Of a stretch of 64,000 bases of DNA, positions 28,475 through 38,363 are shown one piece after another. The notes below the pieces were generated by a model. It had not been told where the DNA came from. It saw only the letters and a program-made list of their open reading frames with translations, and did no database searches. Source of the stretch: Candidatus Zixiibacteriota bacterium. GTDB taxonomy: Bacteria; Zixibacteria; MSB-5A5; GN15; JAAZOE01. Within the stretch, counting starts at the first letter, position 1, and each line of letters starts with the position of its first letter. Location of the stretch: NCBI GenBank assembly GCA_036480375.1, contig JAZGGI010000016.1:156806-220805 (forward strand), given 5' to 3'. A program made the translations under genes and the position numbers.

Positions 28475-30790
28475 TTATGTTTTGGAATATTTACCGTTTT
28501 TGATATTTTCCAGAAATGCTTTGTCAACGAGAACGTCGCGGGCTTTCGATTCATTATAAGGTCCGATTATTTTCATTTCCTCCAATTCATCGATTAAACG
28601 CGCGGCCCGCTGGTAACCGATTCCGAGTTTGCGTTGCAATAACGAAACCGAAGCCTGTCCTTGTCTGATAACTGTCTCTACCGCTTCCATCATGACCGGG
28701 TCGTTTAGCTGACGAATTTGAGTTTTTTCCTCGGTCACCGCTTCCGATTCTCCCTGTTTTATTTTGCTATAAGGCTGTTGCTTTATAAATGTTACCAACG
28801 CTTCGGTTTCATCCGAAGATATATACGGACCATGCAATCTTTCCGGTTCCGGCGATCCGGTTTTGAGGTACAGCATATCGCCATTTCCCAAAAGACGTTC
28901 AGCTCCATTACCGTCAAGAATAGTGCGAGAATCGATGCGGGTGGCGACCTGAAAAGCTACCCGGGAAGGGAAATTGGCTTTGATAAGCCCGGTAATAACG
29001 TCCACCGACGGTCTCTGCGTGGCCAGAATTAAATGAATCCCGACCGCTCGTGCCATTTGCGCCAGGCGTGTTAACAGCAGTTCTACTCGGCTGGAATGCG
29101 TCGACATCATCAGATCGGCCAATTCGTCAATAATTATCACTATATAGGGCAATTTTTTATCTCTTGATTTCATTTTACGGTTGTAATCGACAATATTTCT
29201 AACCGATTCATTGGCAAGAGTGCGGTAGCGATGTTCCATTCCCAGAACGACATCGTTTAGCACTCGTTCAGCCTGTTTCGCATTGGTGACGACTTTCTCC
29301 TCAAGATGTGGGATATCTTTATATACCGTCAATTCGAGCATTTTGGGATCGATAAAAATAAATCTCAAATTTTCGGGCGGCAGCGAGTACATCAATGACG
29401 TTATAATGACATTGATGCACACGGATTTTCCGGAACCGGTTGTCCCGGCAATTAAAAGATGCGGCATAGTCGTCAAATCGACAACATAAGGATTGCCCGA
29501 AATATTCTTTCCCAATGCCAGAGGTAAATGAAATCTATTTTCCTGAAATTTATCAGATTCGAGAATATCGCGCAAGTAAACGATATGCGGATTGCGATTC
29601 GGAATCTCAATACCAACCGCTCCCTTACCGGGTATAGGCGCGACAATACGTATTGATTTGGCTTTGAGATTTAAGGCCAGATCTTCGGATAAATTTGATA
29701 TCTGACTGACTTTTATTCCTGCCGCCGGTTTAATTTCAAAACGAGTAATAATCGGACCGGGAAACATCTCAATATTGCTGCTCAGGCGAACGCCAAAAGT
29801 TTCAAGAGTCTCTCGCAGGGCTTTTGCCGTATTTTCTAATTCTTTGGTATCAAATTCAATGGCCTTATTTTTATTTTCATTAAGTAGATCATTGGAAGGC
29901 ATTATAAAATCATTGGCGGCCGTTTCCTCTATTTCGATTTGGTCGGTAACCGTTTCGCTTTTGCCCGGGATGGTAACCTTCTTTTTCTTTTCTATTTGTT
30001 TTTGGGCAGAAGACAAATGGTCGGTAACGACTTTGTCGGCAACTTTCGATTGCTCTTCCTGTTCAGCTATCAATGGTATTTGAGGCTTTTTCCTTTTTCT
30101 GCGTTCTTTAACTACCTCCGATGATTCTCGTTTGAAGAATTTCTTAAAGTCGGCCGTGGACTTTATATTTTCCGATTTTTCAAGAGCAAGCTGCCAGCTC
30201 TGCCGGATTCTCTTTTCCGACTCGGAACGCATAAACGCCACCAGATTACGGAATCTGTGCGAGATATATCCATAATAAACCAGGACACAGATCAAGACCG
30301 CGAAGCCAATAATATAGGCTCCCGGCACGCCAACGATATGAATCATACCTTCTATCAGGGTATGCCCCAGGGCTCCGACGCCATCGGGGTAGGTTTCCGC
30401 GAAATTGGCTTCGGAAACTTTTCCAACATCACCGATAATCAGCAAAAGGGTTACCGTAGCCCATAGGACTCCGGCATGTTTAAGACATCGTTTGGCGACA
30501 TCAAGGCCGATAAGTCTTAGAGATAAAACGAGGAGAAAGAATAATCCAAAATACGCGCCCCATCCCAGGAAGAAAAAGGCGATGTAACTGAAATACGCTC
30601 CCATCATGCCGCCGATATTTATGTACGGCAGAGAAAAAGGGTTACCATAGATGGCTTCATCGGAAACAATCATCATGTCATCGGGAGTGTTGTGCCCCGC
30701 TAAACTTATAAGCGACATGATCGCAAAGGCCGCCACAAGAATCCCGATTATTTGTAATTTGGTTTTTTCTTTCATCTTAATCCAATTCAA
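28475..30790 (-). CDS. ftsK: DNA translocase FtsK
   Basis: 771 aa with N-terminal TM helices, the Walker A motif GTTGSGKSV and a gamma winged-helix (LLQRKLGIGYQRAARLID). Confidence 0.93.
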   Translation of the reverse strand: MNWIKMKEKTKLQIIGILVAAFAIMSLISLAGHNTPDDMMIVSDEAIYGNPFSLPYINIGGMMGAYFSYIAFFFLGWGAYFGLFFLLVLSLRLIGLDVAKRCLKHAGVLWATVTLLLIIGDVGKVSEANFAETYPDGVGALGHTLIEGMIHIVGVPGAYIIGFAVLICVLVYYGYISHRFRNLVAFMRSESEKRIRQSWQLALEKSENIKSTADFKKFFKRESSEVVKERRKRKKPQIPLIAEQEEQSKVADKVVTDHLSSAQKQIEKKKKVTIPGKSETVTDQIEIEETAANDFIMPSNDLLNENKNKAIEFDTKELENTAKALRETLETFGVRLSSNIEMFPGPIITRFEIKPAAGIKVSQISNLSEDLALNLKAKSIRIVAPIPGKGAVGIEIPNRNPHIVYLRDILESDKFQENRFHLPLALGKNISGNPYVVDLTTMPHLLIAGTTGSGKSVCINVIITSLMYSLPPENLRFIFIDPKMLELTVYKDIPHLEEKVVTNAKQAERVLNDVVLGMEHRYRTLANESVRNIVDYNRKMKSRDKKLPYIVIIIDELADLMMSTHSSRVELLLTRLAQMARAVGIHLILATQRPSVDVITGLIKANFPSRVAFQVATRIDSRTILDGNGAERLLGNGDMLYLKTGSPEPERLHGPYISSDETEALVTFIKQQPYSKIKQGESEAVTEEKTQIRQLNDPVMMEAVETVIRQGQASVSLLQRKLGIGYQRAARLIDELEEMKIIGPYNESKARDVLVDKAFLENIKNGKYSKT

Positions 30791-30820
30791 GGATAATTAT
30801 CTGGCCCTCTATTGGTCAAC

Positions 30821-30849
30821 AAAAAAGGCAGGGCGATAAACGCCCTGCC
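30821..30849 (-). terminator. Rho-independent terminator after the HU gene
   Basis: A 9-bp GC-rich stem GGCAGGGCG / CGCCCTGCC, followed by T6 on the minus strand. Confidence 0.8.
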
Positions 30850-30870
30850 TGTGAGGAAATATCACTTAAG

Positions 30871-31161
30871 TTACTTCTTCACGGCTTCGCGGAGAGACTT
30901 ACCAGCCTTAAATTTCGGTACTCTTGCGGCCGGAATCTTGATTGCAGCACCCGTTTGCGGGTTACGACCGGTGCGGGCTTTTCTCTTAGTAGTGCTGAAT
31001 GTTCCAAATCCAACAAAGCTCATCTTCTGACCCTTTTTCAAGGCCATTGTGACTGAGCCCAGGAAACATTTCATAGCGTCAGTAGCAGCCCGCTTTGAAA
31101 TACCGGCATCTTTCGCCATTTTTGTGATTAATTGATCCCTTGTCACTATTATATCCTCCAT
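30871..31161 (-). CDS. hup: HU-family DNA-binding protein
   Basis: 96 aa with GFGTFSTTKRKARTGRNPQTG. Confidence 0.9.
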   Translation of the reverse strand: MEDIIVTRDQLITKMAKDAGISKRAATDAMKCFLGSVTMALKKGQKMSFVGFGTFSTTKRKARTGRNPQTGAAIKIPAARVPKFKAGKSLREAVKK

Positions 31162-31196
31162 GGTTAATGGTTATCTCTTTTATCCTTTTCGCAACG

Positions 31197-31226
31197 AATC
31201 TACCTGTTTTATAAAATCTTTGTCAA
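31197..31226 (-). promoter_or_regulatory. Candidate sigma70 promoter of the HU gene
   Basis: Read on the minus strand: TTGACA (31221-31226), an 18-nt spacer, then TAGATT (31197-31202). Confidence 0.4.
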
Positions 31227-31335
31227 ATAAAAAAACGAACAATTTCAAAAAAACCCCGAAAAAACGGGATTTTGAGGCATATAGGTCTAAAAACACTTGA
31301 TTTTACTGGCAAAAACGGTGCGGGGTAGCCGGGAA

Positions 31336-34300
31336 CTACCGATTAAACAGGGCTCCGCGCAAACCTGATTCTGATTTTTCAACTTTAATGTCGGGAATGG
31401 CGAGAAGATATAATTTGAAATAAAATCCCTGACGAGAACCGTCAGGTATCCAGTAAAAATGTCCTTCCCAGCAATTCAGACTTCGATTAATATCAACAAT
31501 TTTATCGATTGTCTGGTGCTTGACGAAATCATAACGCTGCGAATATTTGATTTTCCAGTTTTTTGTTACGCCTAAGTTAAAGGTAAGTTGTGCCCAATGG
31601 GTCTTTGAGACCGCTCCCGTAATGGATCTGGATTCAGTGTAATTGTGCGAGAAATTCATATTCCAGGTTACGGGCGAACCGGTTTGCGATTCCTTTGATT
31701 CTCCGGTCATATACGGCGAAGGCACGGCACTGGAGGTATCATATTGCATCTCCTCGGCATAATCACGATCAGATGACAGGCCGCTTCTGACATAATTGTC
31801 AGACACCGATCCGCGGGCCTGGAATGATGTATTCAGGGAAAACGTTTTTAGCCTCGGGCGCCACCAAATCAGTTTATCGTTTTTATCATACATATCATGG
31901 ATCAGATTGCCGCTGAGATTGATTTTTCGCAAAATCGATGATGAAATACCTGTCCGTAAATTTGAAAATTTCTTCCCGATAGCCTCAAAATTATAGCTGG
32001 TCGAAGATGATATTCGTAATAAATCCAGTTTTTTTTCTTTTTCCCCCTGTTTAATTTTGGCTTGAAGCAGATGCGTTAACGTCATACTCATTGCCATCTG
32101 GCGACTACCTCCGCCTCCTCGGCCAACGAAACTTTTCACAGGCGCGTTTTTATTGATAAATGGCGCCCAATTAAATCCCACCGAAGGAGTCATAACATGT
32201 CGCAGAGCCTGAAGACCGAATAGATTTATAGGAAACGTGCCGTACAAATTAGTATTTGTGGATATTCCGGCCGAAATCGATCCTCGCCGGTATGAACGAT
32301 TAACGGGAATTCCCGCGTTACGGGCTTGATCCGTTTCCGGGATATAATACCAGGTTTCCTGAAAGCTAACCCGAGGACTAATCGAGATATATCCAAATAA
32401 TTTCTGCGAGGCGTTAAGAGACATAGAATGATCAATGAATGAATATTTTTTATTTGTTGTCGAGGTCGAATCCCGGCTTGAGAATATCAAACTATCGACG
32501 TCGATAATTGTTGTATCAATTACATTATGATGAAGAGTTCTTCCGCTGGAATGATATCCAAAATTATTTGAATAACTCAGGCGCAGGTAATTATACCAGC
32601 TCTTTATCGTCTTCCCGCCTTCTTCCCGGCCGCTGCCGAAAGGATGAAATGACGAGATCGAAAATCTTCCGCTGGGCAAATTACTCGAACGCGAATCGGT
32701 ATCGAGATTATCCTGATGATTAAACGAGAGTGATAAGGATGATCTGCCGAAGCGTTTACTGAAATTCGCCTGCGACCGGATATTGCGGTTCCGGCGCTCG
32801 TCGGGATTGGTTGAATAATCGCTGTAATAGCTTTCATCTGAAACAAATGTACCCGAGGCGCCGAATTTGATATCATAAGGAAGCGTTTGCGAATGGCTTC
32901 CGCTTATAGTCCAACGACGGCTTTGTCGTTCGGTGAAGGCCAGCTCCCGGCTTTCCCGAGCGAAGGTGCTTCGTACATATCCGGAATATTCATAACGCTT
33001 ATTGTATCTAAACAGGCCGTTTATGGTAATACCGATATTTTCATAGAAGTCAAGGGAGCCTTCAATATCCCAATATTCAGAGGAGGCCCAATAATACCCA
33101 ATATTTCCGATAAATCGATTCCCCTTTTCGAAATTACCCAGTTTTATGGGAAGTATTCCCGAATGGCGACCCCGCTTAAGAGGAAAAACATAATAAGGGA
33201 TATAGGCTATCGGGAGTTTATAAAGATATAATCGTACCGGCCGGGCAATGACTCGATCATCCTGGATAATTTTCATTTTCCTGGAGCGAAAATGGAAATA
33301 GGCGGCTTCTTTATCGCAGGGAATTAAAATTCCGTTTTCCACATAAAATATTTTTTCATCTTCTTTATACAGGTCATCTCCACGATATTGAGTTTTCTCG
33401 AATCGGGTATTGGAATTTTCGATTAAGCCTTTTTTGGTATCGACGTTGAAAACCAGTTTGGAGCCAAAAATCTCTTCGCCGCCGTCTTTCAATGACAATG
33501 GCACGATCGATGGAATGCTATCGGTGGAATCGACCAGAGCATCTGCGGTAATGATGCGGTCGGGAATGTTATAATTGACTTTGTCGGCTGTCAACAACAC
33601 CGTTCCCTGTCTGACCATAGCGTCGGTGGTTATACCGATGATTCGCTCATTAGAGAAAAATTCAAGAAAGGCACCCCGATAATGAATCGAGTCTTCGGCA
33701 ATAATATTTTCGGAACTTATATCCAGGCTATCATCCAAAGCAAGATTATTATCGGAATAGCGATTATCAAAATTATCCTCAGTGGTCAATAATGTGTAAC
33801 AGGTATCGCACGGTTGTTCCGTTAGTGTATCACTTGCGGTTATCGATGCAACATCCGAGGAATCTATCGGAGCGGTTTCCTTTTCCGTAATATATATGCC
33901 TTCTGCCCCGCCCTTCACTTCCGCTTTCATTATCTTTCTATCTTTTATGTATATAAATATCGAATCACCAGAGACGATATTTTTTCCGGATCCGGTTGTA
34001 TCATCCGGCGACGGCAAGTATTCCGAACGGGCCGCCCCGTTTGCGGCTATTTTCCTAACATCATTATCTTTGAAGAAAAACGTGATATCTCGACCGGTTA
34101 AAGTTGAGCTGCCGGAAAATTCACCAGTGGTTGAATCCGACTGTTCAACAAAATACGCGCTGGCGCTGTCACTGACCTCAATTCTGTCAACCGCCTGAGA
34201 TTTGAAAAATATGTTCATATAATTTCCGGAGATAATTGATGAATCTCTGGTCGCAACCGGCTTATCCATCAGAGATAACAGATTAGCGTCTTTATAAAAT

Positions 34301-34881
34301 TCGGCGCATCCGCAGTTGGCTTTGGTCCCCGAATGATCTATCTGAACATTTTCCTCGGCCATACCGATTTGGTCATCACTGAAATAAGTCAGATACTCGC
34401 CGCTAATGGTTACAAGGTTATTATAATCCGGATAATTCAAAAATAGCCAGGGGTCATTTTCCAATACGATTATTTTATTGGCAATGTCGTATTCGATATA
34501 ATGAGCTTCGGCGCGAATGGAATCGATATTATGAATTAAAACTGCGTTTTCCCTGGCGATTAAAACCGAATCTGCATGATAGTAACTGACTTTATCAGCC
34601 CAGATATGCTGGGTTGAATCATAAGCTTCAACGCCTCCGAAAAAATGAATTATATTTTGATCCTGGAGCCAGACAACCGAATCGGAATAAATCCAGGTTG
34701 AATCTATGCGGAACCATCCCCGCCCCCAACCGTTCCAGACAATTCCGCTATCGGTCGTTATCATATCAAGAAAATCAAAGTCATCAAAAAAAACCGTACG
34801 CTTTTCATCCTGCGCGGTAACGGGGCTGAGAAATAATAAGGTAATGATAACAAGGGCAAATATGTAAATTACATATCGCAT
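31336..34881 (-). CDS. Very large LptD/OstA-like outer membrane protein
   Basis: 1181 aa with a signal peptide. The N-terminal third is repetitive and OstA-like; the C-terminal part is beta-barrel-like, rich in alternating aromatic, Ser and Asn residues. Confidence 0.5.
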   Translation of the reverse strand: MRYVIYIFALVIITLLFLSPVTAQDEKRTVFFDDFDFLDMITTDSGIVWNGWGRGWFRIDSTWIYSDSVVWLQDQNIIHFFGGVEAYDSTQHIWADKVSYYHADSVLIARENAVLIHNIDSIRAEAHYIEYDIANKIIVLENDPWLFLNYPDYNNLVTISGEYLTYFSDDQIGMAEENVQIDHSGTKANCGCAEFYKDANLLSLMDKPVATRDSSIISGNYMNIFFKSQAVDRIEVSDSASAYFVEQSDSTTGEFSGSSTLTGRDITFFFKDNDVRKIAANGAARSEYLPSPDDTTGSGKNIVSGDSIFIYIKDRKIMKAEVKGGAEGIYITEKETAPIDSSDVASITASDTLTEQPCDTCYTLLTTEDNFDNRYSDNNLALDDSLDISSENIIAEDSIHYRGAFLEFFSNERIIGITTDAMVRQGTVLLTADKVNYNIPDRIITADALVDSTDSIPSIVPLSLKDGGEEIFGSKLVFNVDTKKGLIENSNTRFEKTQYRGDDLYKEDEKIFYVENGILIPCDKEAAYFHFRSRKMKIIQDDRVIARPVRLYLYKLPIAYIPYYVFPLKRGRHSGILPIKLGNFEKGNRFIGNIGYYWASSEYWDIEGSLDFYENIGITINGLFRYNKRYEYSGYVRSTFARESRELAFTERQSRRWTISGSHSQTLPYDIKFGASGTFVSDESYYSDYSTNPDERRNRNIRSQANFSKRFGRSSLSLSFNHQDNLDTDSRSSNLPSGRFSISSFHPFGSGREEGGKTIKSWYNYLRLSYSNNFGYHSSGRTLHHNVIDTTIIDVDSLIFSSRDSTSTTNKKYSFIDHSMSLNASQKLFGYISISPRVSFQETWYYIPETDQARNAGIPVNRSYRRGSISAGISTNTNLYGTFPINLFGLQALRHVMTPSVGFNWAPFINKNAPVKSFVGRGGGGSRQMAMSMTLTHLLQAKIKQGEKEKKLDLLRISSSTSYNFEAIGKKFSNLRTGISSSILRKINLSGNLIHDMYDKNDKLIWWRPRLKTFSLNTSFQARGSVSDNYVRSGLSSDRDYAEEMQYDTSSAVPSPYMTGESKESQTGSPVTWNMNFSHNYTESRSITGAVSKTHWAQLTFNLGVTKNWKIKYSQRYDFVKHQTIDKIVDINRSLNCWEGHFYWIPDGSRQGFYFKLYLLAIPDIKVEKSESGLRGALFNR

Positions 34882-34884
34882 CGG

Positions 34885-36075
34885 TTATATATCGATTACT
34901 TTTTCCGGATGAGCAATTAAAAATTTTATATCGTCCGGCGAGAAGCCGCCTCCCTGCGCCAATTCCGGGGAGCCTCCTCCCTTGCCTCCGAAAATCTGAC
35001 TCGCCTTATTCATAATATCCAAGGCCGATATCGGGATGCTTTTTGAAACCGCCGTCAATAACCTGTCGTCAACTCCGATGAGAACAATAGCATTATGATT
35101 ATTTATCATGCACAGGCCGGCATCGCGAGCAAAGCTGAAATCTTCTCCTGACAAATCAATGCTGATTAGTTTATGGCCGTTAATTTCTTTGGGGTTCGCC
35201 ACCCATTCTTCAATTAATACCGGTAGGAGTTTTTTTCTCAGTTCATCTTTCTCTCTGCGCAAATTATTGTTTTCGGCGATAATATGTTCAATTAGCCTGA
35301 AAGAATCGCGGGCGTGACATGAAAACAGATTTGAAATATCTTCAACCTGATTAAAACGCCAGCGATAATCTTCAAGAGCCTTAAGGCCCGTTAGAAAATG
35401 AAATCTGAGATTACCCCTGATTTTTTCCTGACCTGTTATCTTAATTATTCCGACCGAGCCGGTAGTGGAGCAATGAGTGCCTCCGCAAGCCGACCAGTCA
35501 AAATCATCAATAATAATTATGCGATATTTATCCTCACTTCGATCGGGGATTTTTCTTAAAGGATAATTATCGAGTTCATCGACCGGGGCAAATTTCGTTG
35601 AAACCGTTCGATTTTCGAAAATAATTCGATTGGCCAGGTTTTCTGTTTCGATTACCAAATTATTATTTAGTTGAGAAATGTCGAGATCAATTGTGCTATC
35701 CTCTTCGCCCAGACGAGCGCTGATAGTGGCGGCATCGCATACTTTAATAAAGGCCTGCGAGAGAATATGCTGACCGGTATGCTTTTGCATATTATCCCGT
35801 CGCCGCTCCCAATCGATTCTGCTGTTTACTTCATCCCCGCTTTGAAAAGGCGGTTTCGTTTCCAGAACATGAATCACATCGTCGTTAGATTCTATGACAT
35901 CAATTACTTTTTCATCAGATATACAGCCGGTATCAAATAACTGCCCGCCCGAGGTGGGATAAAAAGCTGTGCGATCCAATTTAACATGATAATAGTCCTC
36001 GGCTTTATCAACGGATTTAACCGACGCGGTGAATTCTTTCAGATAACTATCGGCGTAATATAATTTCTCTGTCAT
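34885..36075 (-). CDS. alaX: Alanyl-tRNA editing protein AlaX-L
   Basis: 396 aa with HTGQHILS and CGGTHC zinc motifs and a DHHA1-like C-terminus (GGKGGGSPELAQGG). Confidence 0.8.
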   Translation of the reverse strand: MTEKLYYADSYLKEFTASVKSVDKAEDYYHVKLDRTAFYPTSGGQLFDTGCISDEKVIDVIESNDDVIHVLETKPPFQSGDEVNSRIDWERRRDNMQKHTGQHILSQAFIKVCDAATISARLGEEDSTIDLDISQLNNNLVIETENLANRIIFENRTVSTKFAPVDELDNYPLRKIPDRSEDKYRIIIIDDFDWSACGGTHCSTTGSVGIIKITGQEKIRGNLRFHFLTGLKALEDYRWRFNQVEDISNLFSCHARDSFRLIEHIIAENNNLRREKDELRKKLLPVLIEEWVANPKEINGHKLISIDLSGEDFSFARDAGLCMINNHNAIVLIGVDDRLLTAVSKSIPISALDIMNKASQIFGGKGGGSPELAQGGGFSPDDIKFLIAHPEKVIDI

Positions 36076-36105
36076 TTAGTCTCCGATGTGGATATTTTTC
36101 AATAG

Positions 36106-36885
36106 TTATACAATTTTGTTGAACAATGAACCTATCTTTTCAATTCTAATCTCGACTTCATCCCCGATTTGCATCGGGTCGATTCCTTCGGGGGTACCGG
36201 TAGCGATGATGTCGCCCGGTTCCAGGGTCATTACCGATGAAATGAAACTGATTAGTTCCGGCACGGGAAATATCATTTCTGAAGTATTCCCCGATTGTTT
36301 TTGTTCGCCGTTCAGATAAGCTTCAACCTGCAAACTCTTCGGGTCGATTCCCGTAACAACATGGGGGCCCACCGGACAAAAAGTATCGAAGCCTTTCCCC
36401 CGTGTCCATTGACCGTCACCCTTTTGTATATGGCGGGCGGTCACATCATTGAGGCAGGAATAACCAAAAATATGATCGAATACCTTTTCGGCGGGAATTT
36501 TCCGGCCGCGGCGACCAATAACAACCCCGAGTTCGGCTTCATAATCAACGCGGTCGCAATTATCGGGATAGACGATTTCGCCGCCCGGTTCCAATAACGC
36601 GCTGGGAGGTTTCATGAACAGTACCGGCGTTTTGGGAACTTCCGTGGCCGATTGCGAATGCTGAACATGTTTTCGATAATTAAGACCAACGCACACTATT
36701 TTGGTTGGTTGAACCGGACAGAGCAATTTTATTTCATCTAAAGCAATTGATTTTTCGGTTTCAGTATGGTCCTGCCAATAGGGACCGTTAAGGACCCTGA
36801 CTTTTTTCCCCTCTAATCGTCCATAACCTGATTTTCCATTATGCTCAAATCTGATATACTTCTCCAATTGATAATCCTTCCGCAT
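36106..36885 (-). CDS. Fumarylacetoacetate hydrolase (FAH) family protein
   Basis: 259 aa with DYEAELGVVIG and ATGTPEG motifs. Confidence 0.8.
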   Translation of the reverse strand: MRKDYQLEKYIRFEHNGKSGYGRLEGKKVRVLNGPYWQDHTETEKSIALDEIKLLCPVQPTKIVCVGLNYRKHVQHSQSATEVPKTPVLFMKPPSALLEPGGEIVYPDNCDRVDYEAELGVVIGRRGRKIPAEKVFDHIFGYSCLNDVTARHIQKGDGQWTRGKGFDTFCPVGPHVVTGIDPKSLQVEAYLNGEQKQSGNTSEMIFPVPELISFISSVMTLEPGDIIATGTPEGIDPMQIGDEVEIRIEKIGSLFNKIV

Positions 36886-36937
36886 TTCACTTCATTTTAT
36901 AGTCCTAAAGAATATAGCAAATTCTTTGTGTTGTCAT

Positions 36938-38299
36938 CTATGTTTTTATAATACCCGTTTTTTTCCATCGGCCGAGATAAAACCAGTACATCATAACGAT
37001 AGCTTTTAGCCAGGTTGTGATTGTCAGCGTCCACCAGAGACCGTCAATTCCCATATCTGTCTCAAAGCACAGATAATATGCCATCGGTAAGCGAATGATT
37101 GTTCCCGGGATCGAAATCACGGTCGGAGGAATCGTATTCCCCGCTCCTGCAAAAGCGCCCTCGAGGACTATTTCGGCAGCCATGAATATTTGTGAAAGGG
37201 CCAAAATACGCAAATAATTAACTGCAATGGCGATTACTTCTTTGTCATTGGTAAATATTCTCGACAACACATCCGGAATCGTCAGAAAAAGTATCGATAT
37301 AAATAATGTCCATCCGGCGCAAATGGCGACCGACATCCAGGCTGCTTTGGCGGCGCGGTCCGGCTTTTTGGCTCCCAGGTTTTGTCCGACCATAGTCGTT
37401 GCGGCAATTGAAAACCCGAAACAAATCAGATATGACAGCGATTCCATGCGATTTCCAACCGTCAAAGCGGCGATTGAAATGGTGCCATATTGAGCCGCGA
37501 TTTTATTCAGGAAAATGTAAATGATTGAAAAAACCATCCCCGCGGTCGCGGGCGGACTTCCAATCTTTATAATTGCTTTGGCTAATCCAAAATCAAGTTT
37601 TTCAAAAAGCCTGAAATCAAGATGATATTTCAGGCGCCCGCACCGAATCATATTCAAATAAATCAAAGTTCCGCAAAAGGCGGAAATAATGGTGGCGATT
37701 GCCGCTCCATCCGTTCCCAGAGCGGGAGCTCCGAACCAGCCGAATATGAGGATTGGATCAAGGGCGATATTGATTATAACGGCGGCAGTAGTTGCGTAAA
37801 GAGGCGCCCGCGTATCCCCGACGGCTCTGAAAATAGCCGAAATAGAATCGTTGATAAAGAAAAACAGAACGCCCACAAAGAAAATCCGCAAGTAAGTAAT
37901 ACCAAGCTGGCTGACTATAGCCTCCGTTTCCATAAAATTGAAAACATGGGGAGCTATAATATATCCGAAAATACTATATCCAATGGCGACATAAATTGAG
38001 AATAATATGCCTTGTCTTCCAATCCGGCCGACTTCATCGGTTTGACCGGCTCCTACCGCTCGGGATATAATTGCGACAACACCGGTAGGAATAATCATCA
38101 GCATGGAAAACACGGTCCAGATAGTAAATATGCTTGATTGCACCGCGGCCATTTCGGTCGGTCCCAGACGCCCGACCCAGATAGCATCGGTAAGGGTCAT
38201 CAGCGTATGCAGAAGCATTGACGTCAGGGCCGGCCACCCGAGACGCCAGATTGAGGAGATTATCGATCCTTCCGTATATTTTTCTTTTCGCTTTTCCAT
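36938..38299 (-). CDS. MATE family efflux transporter
   Basis: 453 aa, about 12 TM helices, with an N-terminus typical of MATE (WRLGWPALTSMLL). Confidence 0.8.
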   Translation of the reverse strand: MEKRKEKYTEGSIISSIWRLGWPALTSMLLHTLMTLTDAIWVGRLGPTEMAAVQSSIFTIWTVFSMLMIIPTGVVAIISRAVGAGQTDEVGRIGRQGILFSIYVAIGYSIFGYIIAPHVFNFMETEAIVSQLGITYLRIFFVGVLFFFINDSISAIFRAVGDTRAPLYATTAAVIINIALDPILIFGWFGAPALGTDGAAIATIISAFCGTLIYLNMIRCGRLKYHLDFRLFEKLDFGLAKAIIKIGSPPATAGMVFSIIYIFLNKIAAQYGTISIAALTVGNRMESLSYLICFGFSIAATTMVGQNLGAKKPDRAAKAAWMSVAICAGWTLFISILFLTIPDVLSRIFTNDKEVIAIAVNYLRILALSQIFMAAEIVLEGAFAGAGNTIPPTVISIPGTIIRLPMAYYLCFETDMGIDGLWWTLTITTWLKAIVMMYWFYLGRWKKTGIIKT

Positions 38300-38302
38300 A
38301 AT

Positions 38303-38334
38303 AAAAAAGCGGAGGTAATTTAATTAACCTCCGC
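38303..38334 (-). terminator. Rho-independent terminator after the 529-aa lipoprotein gene
   Basis: A perfect 8-bp stem GCGGAGGT / ACCTCCGC, followed by T6 on the minus strand. Confidence 0.8.
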
Positions 38335-38363
38335 CGACAATATACATCTTTGAAATTTATTCG

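Noticed and set aside
31254-31268. Short hairpin CCCG-aaaaaa-CGGG as a terminator of the LptD-like gene
   Set aside because: It has only 4 bp of stem, which is too weak to call, although a T-run follows it on the minus strand.
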